Part shown: positions 24,273 to 36,800 of the stretch, one piece after another | How the letters are laid out: every line of letters begins with the position of its first letter | Position numbering within the stretch: the first letter of the stretch is position 1 | NCBI GenBank assembly: GCA_002633005.1 | Contig: NMRA01000203.1 | Coordinates: 280,015-344,014 of the forward strand | Direction: 5' to 3' | Source: Phoronis australis | Taxonomy: Eukaryota > Animalia > Phoronida | Length of the DNA: 64,000 nt | Notes under the pieces: model-generated | What the model was told of the DNA's origin: nothing | The model's database searches: none | What the model saw: the letters and a program-made list of their open reading frames with translations, nothing else | Program-made: the position numbers and the translations under genes

Positions 24273-27200
24273 GCACTTTAGGAGGCTTACTAATAACATA
24301 CTTTTTAACCAGTTTCCTCGTGCGTAATTAGTGGCAATTGTCTACAATACAAGTCTGTGCTCGTAGTATCAACTACAACATTGGCACAGACATTATTTCC
24401 TCTAATTGTTCTACCAGAATAATAACAGTTATGTATGCATTATAAGTTCTTTTGTATCTGTTGCACTTGTTCTCCAATTTGTTAGTTGCAATGTTCATTA
24501 TTGTTGTTAAAGATGGTATGTCTCATTAAAACTGTGAATATTTAAGTTTATAGCAAGTGCCACCTTGCGACTTCCTGGAGAACTGTGTACAAGTATTTCA
24601 GAAAAATGCAGTTTTAAAGAAACCACAACTTATACACTTATAAACAAGTGAACATATAGAAAACCCAATTCCAAATATTATGCAATCGTTATTTGATAAA
24701 AAAATGAACAAATAATAAAAACTGCTTGGTTTCATAAGGGTAACATTACCATACTCATTTACGTAAAAATAGTCTCGCAAAACAAGACTTTCGTGAGATT
24801 GTAATGGTAAGTGGTTCTTGGATGGTTTCCAGTACATTGGAAGACCCAGGGTTGTTTGTGAACTAATACTTCATTTGCATATTCACAATTTAATGAGACA
24901 CAGCATTTTTAACTAATTGTTCGTCATTCACTGTTACTTCACTCATAGAACTAATTGCTATGTAGGGTAGACTTTTTGACACTTAATGACGGCGTTCTGA
25001 CACAATTAGCTTTAAGTTTGAATGGCCAAATTGAAGCAAAATTCCCCTCAAAGCATTCTGTCGAATTTTGTGGCAGTCATGAATATAGTGTTGTATAATT
25101 ATTCAGTCCACCATAACTTAATAATTTAAGACTCTGATAATTGAATGTTACCTCGTGCACTAGTGGTATTTTTTCTTGTTTATGTTTATGTTTAATTATG
25201 TGTAAATTTCCATTTTCATTGCTTGACATAATTTTACACAGAATCGTAATTTTGGGTATATGTGCAACACTTGCTTATTTCACTATTCACATTCTTTTCA
25301 AGTAAACATGATCAAAGAAATGTATGTTGTTGCGTGCTTTACCACAGTTACATGTATATTGCATGACTAATACCATACACATCTTTTTCAGATATTCTGC
25401 TAATGGCCCTGTAGGACGTTATGAAGACAATACTCACAGAAAAATGCAATTTGTTATTTAAAAAATCTCATACAAAACTTAATCTGCTGTAAAATATTTA
25501 TATACAAACTGTAAAACTCCCATATAGTAAAATCAAATCAATTTTGGACAAAACTAATTGACAAAATTGACCATTTTTTTCATAGAATTCTCACATTGTT
25601 TTCAATACACATTTTTTTTTCGAAATATTGTAGAATGGTGACTATGGTACTGAACTTGAAATATTCAAAGTATTGATTTGGTGCTGCTAATTGTGCACAA
25701 ATAAAAAAATAAAACAGTCCGCCACATTGTCCTAAATTGGTGAGATCTTACTGTAAGTCGGATCTTTTGTTTATGTGGGACATAGTTTCATGATCATGCA
25801 GGTTCGTTTACTCAACCCTTTAGAAAATGTTTTCTTACTCGTATAAGATCTCCAAAGCCATTTGGGTCCAATTTATGTGAGTTTTACTATAGACATATCA
25901 TACTACAGAATAATATATGTTACTCATATGATTAACTTAGTATGCATGTGTTTTGGTAAGAAAGAGGGTCTCTTGCATACTTCAGTATCAAACACACTGT
26001 TCTAATTAATTTTGTTAACCAATAAGCCCTTCACTTCCTACATTTGGTTGAAAAGAAGCACAAGTCGATTTTAGAGCATGGCTCCTGAAAAGTTTTGGTT
26101 GTATACAAGAAAATATTCAAGCTGGTTTCAACTTTTTCCAATATTAGTTCATCTCCTAAGTGTTTATAAAGTCCCTTATACTCTATGTATGATTGTCAAT
26201 AACCACACGCTTCACATGCATATTTGCTCCGATTCCTAACATAATTGTGATATTATTCTTTGTTTAAACTGAAATTGGTCGCATCAATAAAATGCGTCGA
26301 ATTGCCTCGCCTGCTTCTGGGGCTGAAACTGACCCATGGGGATAAAGTAACCTCATGTGCCTGGTCTGAAGCAATAACAAACTCTCAATTCTCCCAAAGT
26401 CTAGAAAGCTTTTTTGATGAGACAGATTTAATTACAGTTGGTCCAAATCAAGTGTTATTTTTGACAAAAAGCACACAAGGATGGTCGGGTGTTGAAAATA
26501 CCATCCTTAGAAGTAATTTCTAAAGTTATGTCATCGTGTTCTTATCCATTGTTTTGAATTAAAAAAGCCTGAAATTCCCCTGCCAGTCATACTACTTGAG
26601 CAACTATCTTGCAATTAGAGAAAACTTCAAAGGGGCTTTGTCTGAAATAATAATATGGTAGTTGTTTTCGACCTTGGGAATTATATTTCTACAGTTGAGG
26701 AAGTAGCACGAGTTTTAGAGCAATAACTTACCAAAGTCGAGTTTTTTTTTACTGAAAACATGACTTTACTGCCCCTTAATGTTGGAATCTTGGTGTAATC
26801 TGTCTTGTGTTGTGTGCAAGTGGACTCTGACAGCATAGAGCATCATCCTCCAGATCGATTGTCATCCTCCAGATCGATTGTCTGTCCATTCAAATAAGAC
26901 TTGCAGTGATCACCTTGTTCATTAAGTACTATATGCAATGTATGACCGAAAGCATCATTTGATTCATTATTTGTGCACAGTAGCACTCAATTACTAGCTT
27001 CAGCATGTCTGCCTTTGGTATAAGTGAAATTCAGCTTTCAGTTCTAGAATTATTGCCTTTGCAGGCATGCATGTTCAATGTGGTCCCCATTCTTGCACTT
27101 GATGGCAAGTGGAACCATTCACCTCCTGCTTTTGGTTCTAAACAAAAAACATTCATTTGACTAATTTTTTCCAACACAATTTTATGTCCCAAATGTTCAA

Positions 27201-27656
27201 GTCATACTTTACACTGTATAACTTAATGTACTTGTAATGAGAATAACATGTGTACCAAGGCACTGTCACATCAAGGTGTATTTAAGTTATTATTTATAGT
27301 TATAAATTATTCATTCTTGTTGTACATGTTAAATGTTAAAATTTTAAAAAGATGTTTATGTATTGTTCATACAACTATCAGATGTTTATTATACGTTGTC
27401 TGTTATAGTTTATACACAATGTTTACATTTTCTTGGAAATAAAATTTGACGCATCTTCTTTTCGATGTCAATCAATAGTAGCAAGCCGATTCATGGAAAC
27501 TTCACTCAAGTATATCACAAATAATAATCAATGTCAACTCGAAGAATGCTCAACAAAGAAAATGTCTCAACAGCAATGACTGGCCATCAATACTCTATGG
27601 CTATTTTCCAGTGCAGCAATAGTTCGGTGCAGTTATTCACAATCAGTTTGTTTGAG

Positions 27657-27866
27657 TTACTTTTTAGCCTTGGGTGGTTTGGCTAGTAGTGCCTTGCTGA
27701 TGTGATGTGGTGCCAGTCCCTTGATTGAGTAGAGTCGTTCTGCCCTCTGTTGAAGTGTCCCACCACACTTCAATCCTCGTGCCATCAAAGCACTTTTCAG
27801 CCTCTCCAGACCCAAACATTCCAGTTCCGAAGCAGATGAATAATCTTCCAGGTTGATCTTGGTATT
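27657..27866 (-). CDS. SDE2: SDE2 last coding exon (SAP-like domain)
   Basis: ttttgcag|[45 protein letters not shown]...KAKK*. Confidence 0.95.
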   Translation of the reverse strand, partial: NTKINLEDYSSASELECLGLERLKSALMARGLKCGGTLQQRAERLYSIKGLAPHHISKALLAKPPKAKK

Positions 27867-30800
27867 CTGCAAAACAATGATCAAATTACAAGTTAAGAAA
27901 ACGGCTGAACTCGCATGGAACTACTATGTGAATAATTATAGTTTCAACTGATCAGTACCTGTGGTGTTTCCCAATACCTTGGAGACGTCTGCATATGTCA
28001 AAAAAATGAATGCTGATGATGTTCATCTTTGTTTAATGAACTGAACAATCGTCTGTTCATATTGGCTGCTCCAAAGCAAACTGCATTTCTTAACTATGTA
28101 CAGGTAACACAAACAAACAAGTTAAGTAAGAATCACACAAGGTCCTGTTTCTTGAACAGTCTATAACCATAAGTTGATTTTTTGACTCGTGACTTGCCGA
28201 GCAGGGTATTTCTGTCTTATTGTTTCAAGCTGTAGACAGATTTTCTGACTTAGTCTTAGCTGATTTTAGGAAACGGGCTAAGCAATTTAAGCCGTCAATC
28301 AAAACGAGCAGAAACACTCCTTGGTAATGGAAAGAATGGACAAGGTCAAGGACATTGGTAAGAGAGGAAGTAATAATGAAGACACTCGTACTTGGTAATG
28401 AAGAGATTGATCGTGACATATATCTGGAATTGACAAAACTGCACAGAAACTACAATTTCAGCATCACTCATCAAACCTCTATATTAATAATAAAGCATCA
28501 GAAAACATTATTTATAATTAGTGATTCCCAGATTACTGCAGTCCACGAATGGATTTCTGACATATTTGCTGTGAGAAATGATCAAGAATGGCAGTCAATT
28601 GTGAATAAACACTATTTAGGGACACATTGGATTTTTTGTACTTTGTTTTGAAAATAACCATAAAAGTACTATTTTAGACCTTAATATTCTTTTTCTGTTA
28701 ATTGTGAAACATACGTATAGTTGTATGTCCTACTTTTTGCTTAAAAATCACACGCTTGTAAATGTACTATACCTGATACTGTCATGCAGCATCACAATTT
28801 TTGAAGGGATGGTCAAGCCAGCTGATGCAGAACAGAACAGAATTGCTGGGTTTAAGTTGTGCCAGTTGTAAAGCAATATGTAAGCAGTAGACTGCAGTTA
28901 ATGCAGAGTTAGATAGAGTAGCAGTCCATCACAATTTCCAGTGGTTTTGAGACATTAATACCAGTTACCTCAGTTAAGAAGTTCACTTAACATGGCAGAC
29001 ATGTGAGTTTTTATTTAAAGGCATTGGTCATTTTCAAGTTATGTGCCATCGCTTTGCATCGCACACTGCGTCGCACACTGCATCGCACACTGCGTCGCAC
29101 ACTGCGTCGCACACTGCATCGCACACTGCGTCGCACACTGCATCCACACACTGCATCCACACACTGCGTCACACACTGCATCCACACACTGCATCCACAC
29201 ACTGCATCACACACTGCGTCGCACACTGCATCCACACACTGCATCCACACACTGCATCCACACACTGCATCGCACACTGCATCCACACACTGCATCCGCA
29301 CACTGCGTCGCACACTGCGTCGCACACTGCATCACACACTACTTTGAGAAATTGAGCTCGAAGCCCATTGAAAAACGAGTAAATATCTATTTTGGCATTT
29401 TTTGTCCGGAACTGAATATATTGCACAGTAATTTTGACCTTGAAAAAGAACCATGATAAAGAAATGAAGCAATGACTACTAACACAGAGATGCCACCTCA
29501 TCATCAAATGTTTGACAACATTATAACCTACATGTTCATCTGTTTTCAAATTGTCACTTTCTTCATCTTTTCTCCCCTCTTCTTTTCCTGCTTCAACAAA
29601 TGTTGAACCTCCTGCATTTTGTACTACTTTCTCCGTATTCTCACATAAGACTTTGGCGAAGTCATTTTCTGTATGTGTCCCAACACTGTCACTGTCCTTT
29701 GAATCCTTATAAGCCAAACCACAACCACTTGAGTCAGGTGATGAATCCCCATCTTTGCTGGTACTTGGAGTGTCGCTGGCAGTTACACCTGGATGTATAT
29801 CATGTGCTGCATCTGATTCCATGGATGGAGGGCTGCAAGGACTGGCTGGATTACTTCCACTGGAAACGCTATCCGAGTCTGAGTTACTAAGGTCTCCATA
29901 ACCAAGCCTGAAAAAATACAAAGACATATGACAATAAATAATAAAATGCCAATTGCGCTTAATCTCGTGAAAGAAACTTGGATTATTAAACTAAAGAATT
30001 CTTTGAAAAATAAAAGTGGTTAAAAGGTGGTGCTATCTTCCATGGTGCTGAAAGATGATATAATTCCTCAAAGTGAAAAACAACAGCATAAGGTCCAGTA
30101 CATTTTGACATCATAGTCAGGTTCACAATGTCCAAATTTTGACATTCGTTGGAATTTTTTGGGGAAAGTGGAAACTATTACATTTTTGAAAACATCATGG
30201 AATGACGAATCAGAAAATAATTGATTACATTCTTGGTGGCTACACCTGCAATTCTGAAGTCAATGAATTGGAAATTTTAATTTTATTGGCGGCCATCTTG
30301 GAATTTCAAAAATGGCACCTGTAAAATACAATTTGCTCAGTATCTCTGCTCTTGGGTCACTTATGTTAGTTTTAATGGCTGCACCCATATTTTGTGGGGT
30401 AAGGAATTGAAACACACTATTTCTAAAAGAATACATATAATCTGAATGTTTTTAATAGCAGCTACGAACCCCCTGAATATTTAAAGGAATCACAGAAACA
30501 CAGATTAACCTTAAACCTTACACCTTTACAGTGTACATCTATATCTTTTTAAAAAGACATTTGACACATATCTTTTGAAGATTTTGACATTACTTCCCCT
30601 GTTCACTTTGGAATCCAGCTCTCCTCTGCTGAATGGAAATGCATTTTGCCTTTGACAGTTGAATGGCAGATAATGTTGGCAGTAACCAGGCTGAGGATCA
30701 ATGACGAGAACAACAGGAGTTGTAGCCTGCTGGGCAAATCGACCAGAAACATGCTATCAGCCACTATGAATTCACACCAAGAGCAATCTTTGCTGCCAAT

Positions 30801-33800
30801 GAGGCAATGCTGCCATGAAAAGACAAGTCGAATTGAATCCAAATTTTGCAGAGACTTTCCGAAGCAGACGACTTAGAACAGGACAGTCCTCAAGCTACCA
30901 GAGAGGTTTTAGATCCAGAAAACAAGAAAGGGTCAAGTAATGTACCAGATAAGAGATGAGACTTACATACAGAACATCCCAATGCCATTTCTTCTCCCAT
31001 GACCAAAAAGGCTCAACTTACTAAATATCTGTCTGCAAAGACACTTGAATATAATCAAGACTCTGCCAAGATAGCCATTACTTCAGCTTCAGAATGCACA
31101 AAGAGCAACCGACGTGAACTATGCTTAGAAGAACACGATCACGAAAAAGCAGATATATTGCTGTCTGGGCAAAGGCTCTTCCTGCTTTCCATGCTTTTAC
31201 ATGCCATTGGACAGACAACACTGGTCCATTTTGTAGATTATATGCTTGAAGGCAACACTGATGATATCAATGCACTGCTTATGAATTAGTAACAGGTGAA
31301 CCTCTTTTCACATAAGCCCCTGCTACATATGCATACTCACCACAGGGTGTCGACACAAATAGCATAATAGCATCCCAGAGCCGAGATGGTACCTCTTCTG
31401 TAAACATATGGTCGACAGCGACAAATGTCCACCAACCACTGGTGCTTTGAAACAGCATGTGCTGAGAGTGTTTATTCAAACCAGAGTGTGGGGCCAGTCA
31501 TTGCTCAACAGGAGTTCCTTGACCCATTGTAGAATGAATTTACAAGGACAAAGATGACCACATGAAACCCTCACAACTGAGGAGCTTTTGGCGCCAGAGG
31601 CTATCATTGGGATGGTTAGATGCCATTGCAAAAACGATAGCTCTTCCCAAAGATGCTCTTGCCGATCAAAGGACCTTACACAGATCTATGTCAGTATAGT
31701 ACAGAATGTCAGAATGTTGATGATGATGTGATTTCTGGTGACAGTGATGGCTATAGTAATGATTTGATTTCAAAGTTTTGAAAGACTATTGACACTACAA
31801 AAACATTCTTTCATGTTCTTCAAACGTGAATAAATTGTTTAGGTACTGGTTTAGTTTTAAGTGTCTTGAAGGAAACAAGCTCCGAACAAAATATACAAGA
31901 AAGTAAGATAGCAAGCACGTGTTGGATTCTATGAAGAATGCATTTAGAAAATGTGGCTGCTAATAAATGGGATTTTGATTATGTTTCTAACTTAATAAGT
32001 TGCATTTTCAAAATTTTTTGGCCACAAAAATGTGGGTGCAGCCATTAAAACTAACATTATAAGTGATGCAAGATCAAAGATACTGAGGAAAATGAATTTT
32101 ACGGGCACCAACTTTTAAAAATCCAAGATGGCCACCAAGATAGCTGCCAATCAAATTAAAATTTCCAATTCCTTGACCTGAGAAATGCAGGTGTAGCCAT
32201 AAAAATCAAAATTCTAAGGTACTCAAAAGCAGAGATATTAGGCAAAATCCATTTTACCGCCGCCATTTTTGAAAATCCAAGATGGCCACCAAAAATGGAA
32301 TCAATTATTTTCTGACTTGTCATTCCATGAGGTTTCCAAAAACATAAAGTTTCCACTTTCCCCAAAAAATTCCAACACAATTACACAATAAACCTGACTA
32401 ATTTGTTTGGTTTACACAAGGAAGAGTACTTTTTAGCGCCATAAACTTCCTGCAGATAGTTTTATGTAAACTCAGAGTGCTATGAAAGTTAGTGTAACTT
32501 CCAAAGCTATGCTCAGCCCTGCTTTCTACAAGGACTCTTGACACATTCACTAAGTATTCACTCTTTATCACACATGATGCATGAGGCAAAGTAATACTTG
32601 AAGTCTGATGGCAAACATATTATTCAAACTTGCATGTAACGACTCAATGACCATGCCACTGCACTGCACTACAATGCACTGCCTTCCAATATAGGTAAAC
32701 ATATCCTAAAATATACCAAGCAGCAGTCCTTTTTCCTTTTGTGGTGACTGTTGACTCTGCTTTTCTTTTGCGCCCTCCATTTTGATAGTTTTTTTTCAAA
32801 CCTGTGGAACACAAAACAATAGTACACAAAAAGGAACGTCAGCGACACAACAAGGAAAAGTGCACGGGGTGTCACATCACCTATGCTAATTTTCAAAACG
32901 CACAAATAATTTGACAAGTAACGTAAAGAGACAAAAATCCTCAGTCTTGCCATATATGGTTACAACTCACAACTGAGAGGTACAAAAAGATGCAGGGATT
33001 TATTTGTTTCTTTACTCGCAGGGCTGTACTTCGGGAGCAAGTTTTCGGTTATACAGACTTTGTCAAATGCATGACACTTTTCATTGTTCACAGTCTTTAT
33101 TCCGTTGCGTTCGTACTTTCGGAACAAATCTCTACTCTCAACTTAACATAGATACAGTAACTGACCTAGCGACATAATTAAAAGACACACGATATTTAGA
33201 AACATACTTGTTTCATTCTCAAGTGAAGATAAAATGACGCAGTAATGCCACCACGGAGTATAAGCTGACGACACACACAGTGAGACACGGCAGGTGTGAA
33301 ATACTGCAAAGAATGACTAATGACTAATGACTAAAGTCCGCCCCGTTGCACAGTGTAGTGTTGTTTATGAGTTTGTATGCCCTATGAACGAATGTCTTAG
33401 TTCAAACATCAAACAATGTTACATTGGTCAAACGGTTTGCAGTCTTTCCCGTCGGTTATCCATGCATCTTCAAAATGGCGCCATTCAAGATCATTTTCTG
33501 CAACGCCACGCACGTAAAATCACCCGTCAAGAAATTATGGAAAACACTTCAATTCGCTACGTGAAGCAAGATGTGCTGCATTTGAAAGTATTAGAATCCC
33601 TTTTAATTGCTTTTGAGAAGCCTGTTTTGAATGAGCAGCAAACAGGGTCGCGCCGCATGTTTGCGTGACTTTCCTGTTAACCCCTCTTTATTAGTCATTC
33701 TTTGCAGTATTTCACACCTGCCGTGTCTCACTGTGTGTGTCGTCAGCTTATACTCTGTGGTGGCATTACTGCGTCATTTTATCTTCACTTGAGAATGAAA

Positions 33801-36800
33801 CAAGAATGTTTCGAAATATCGTGTGTCTTTTAATTACGTCGCTAGGTTAGTTACTGTATCTATGTTCAGTTGAGAGTAGAGTTTTGTTCCGAAAGTACGA
33901 ACGTAACAGAATAAAGACTGTGAACAATGAAAACTGTCATGCATTTAACAAATTACTCGCAGGGGCAGATGAAAACCAAACGCCTGAATCACGATGACAG
34001 TTATACAGGAAATGACAGATTGAGACATAATTTCTGGTGATACCAGTAAAATACCTTGGCTTAAAGCATCCTGCAGGTTTTCACTGACTTTGCTCTTTTG
34101 TTCGTGATAAGTGTTATCTTCAAATTTATGCAATGGTTGTTGCAGTATCTTGGCTCGTTTTTGACGTCGTTTCTCCTCTCGCTCCCTTTCCAATTCGGCC
34201 TTTTTAGATATCCAGTCTTTCAATCTATCATAAATGAGGCAATTTTGAATACACCTCTCAAAATTTTACAGCCAGTATATAATAGGTGGAAAAAGGCAAA
34301 GAAAAGCTGTCTTCCACTGAAGTGTAAGGAGCTAAAAACACACTTTCTTTTAAAAAATAATTTGTGAGAGGTGACTTACCGTTGTGTTATATAAATGGTC
34401 TCAATAATTATTATGTTCTTTTACATTAGAACTGGTTGGTGGGCTTAGGAAGGACTGACATTTCATAATTGATGAGGAACGAGTTGGCAAACAATACAGC
34501 ATTTTATGCGCCCAGCACGGCCTTAAGTAATAAGGGTTGATCCAGCAAAATCTGTATGGGAGAGGGGGAAGACACTTTTATTTCGTACCCACCGCCCATA
34601 TTTTTCATTTATTTCTCCAACCCATGACCCATAATTTTTTAATTTTAAAATATAAAATCCAACACTTGCAAACAAATTGCCTCCAGGAGGACCTTTTAAG
34701 AACTTAGATGATTGACAGACTAGAACTAGCTGACTTGTCCAATATTGTCAAAAACTAAAGTAGCCTGTGAGCAATACTTTTGGCAGCCACCAGGTGTTTC
34801 TGTTCACCATGTGTCTATAATTTCAATGAACATTTTTTCAATTATAAGGATCATCTCAAGCTGTCTCCACGAACTCTTTTATACTTCTATGTCAAGTGAA
34901 TATTGGAACTTGTTTATCTTACTCCTCATACTTTTTATTTAAAAATCATCAATTTTCTTATATGTGCTAACACCAGTTTAGTGTTGCAGAACTTTTTCAA
35001 TAGGACTGCAGACACACAGTTGGCTCAAATCAAATTGCCCATGACTTGATTTATGGCTTAGTGAACACATTGCACTCTGTTCACTGGCTACATGGGCTTT
35101 TTTGTATTGGGATGAGTTAGGGAATATGCCAATTGCATTTTCAGGAGTTTTGACTGCTGCAGTAACCAACCTGTCAACATTAACAGGTCAAAAAATACCA
35201 CCCATTTTTAATGCATCACTTCTTACAGGAACAACCACCCATAATTTGAGTTTTTTTCTGAAGACCACCACCCATGAATTTTTATTTCTACTGCCTTGCC
35301 CCCCCCCCTCCCACATGGATTTTACTGGAACAGCCCTAATAAAATGTCAGTTTTTCCAAAACATAAATCCCTTCAAATTCGAGCAAGGAACATATTGAGA
35401 CCATTTTCATGACGGTACATGTTTGGATTATTATAGAAGGCAAGATCAAAGCACAGTGGTTTCTACCACACCTAGACTGGGTTTCAAATTGGTTGAATAA
35501 GTTACAGAGTTTCCAATATTTTAAGATGCACTGATACTCTTATCAATGTCCAGAAAAGTAAAATCCACAGAAGGTTACTGAATACTCTCTCAGTTCAAAA
35601 GTCATTTATAGCCTGAACAAGGATAAGATTGAGACCAATTTTATCGAGTAAGAGGTTTTTAAACTACTGAACAAAAATTCATAAGTTGATACACAATGGA
35701 GAACCTGAACGTACGGCGGTCCCAACTGTTTAGACTAAGAGAGATCTTGGTATTTTCTCAAGGTCCTGGACATTTGTCCTTAAGTGACAAAATCGGTCAG
35801 GACATTTTAAAAATCAGCCATACATAATTCACCCTTAGAGGAGGGGTTCATACAGTATTCCATAATCGGGAGCAGGCCTTTATCCAGGATTTCGAAAATA
35901 GGGTGTCCAAAATGGGGTTCCCAATATTCCAGGGCATCCATGATTCCGATGCGTAACCCCCCCTCCACCCCCAGCAATACCCCAAACACAGATTTTTTTA
36001 CAAAAAATGCATAGACCAAGGTTTTTACATCTATGTTTACAAAACAGTCTTCTGTAGTGAGTATTTTTACTAAAAAAACTACAGACCAAGAAGATTTTAC
36101 AAATGCTATCAACCAAGTGTGAGCACAGCAACATTGTATATACTTTGTACATATATTGTATATTTCTTCCTGCTTTGAAAAAAGAGCCCCCACTGTGAGC
36201 CTTCAGAGGCTTCCTAGTATTCATTACAATGTGTGAGTCCAAACTTGAAAGTTTCCTATTGACAGTGGGCGTAGCCTCATGCAATTTCCTTGTCACCTTG
36301 ACCTATGCTCTGCGCCAAAGTGATCTCACGACCATAGCCCTAGGTAAACCCTAGTTAGAAATCAAACACGGTTTCGTTCAAAACAATACATTCCCCCTCA
36401 TGAAAGAGGTCATGACAAAAACGCATTATAAAACTCTTCACATAGTCTCTACCTACTTTTTCTCATTGTTGACATCTCTCATACGTCGCCCACTCAAGTC
36501 TCGACACGCCTCGTGGTTTGTTGTTTTCTCAATTTGTGCTCCCAGTGCCCGCAACATAGAACCAAAACCTGAAACACATGTAGAATCTCACAGGTAACCG
36601 TATAAATACGACATTAAATATTGAATTTATTTCAGTTGCACCCTTATTTACCAAACTTTGAACAGAAGGAATCGGTGTGATCAAGAATTACATAATAAGA
36701 TATTGTAGGTTAGAAGGTGTACTTAGTTATACTGATATGCCATGACATCAACTGCAGTCATACCAAAACAACACAAACAACACAAACAACAAACCTCCTT

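Larger units (their letters stand above)
33024..33952 (+). mobile_element. Penelope-like element remnant: GIY-YIG ORF between 263-bp inverted pseudo-LTR arms
   Basis: Arms 33059-33321 and 33690-33952 (11 mismatches by manual comparison); flanking direct repeat ttactcgcaggg at 33012-33023 and 33953-33964; hammerhead motif and AATAAA in the arm. Confidence 0.85.

Noticed and set aside
27959-28260. Extra SDE2 mini-exons (e.g. [10 protein letters not shown] at ~27959-27988, or a GC-donor exon near 28200)
   Set aside because: Splice signals are weak and the frame is already consistent without them; cannot be supported without RNA data.
29003-29456. His/Thr/Cys-rich overlapping ORFs
   Set aside because: Translations of the 11/13-bp minisatellite in an SDE2 intron.
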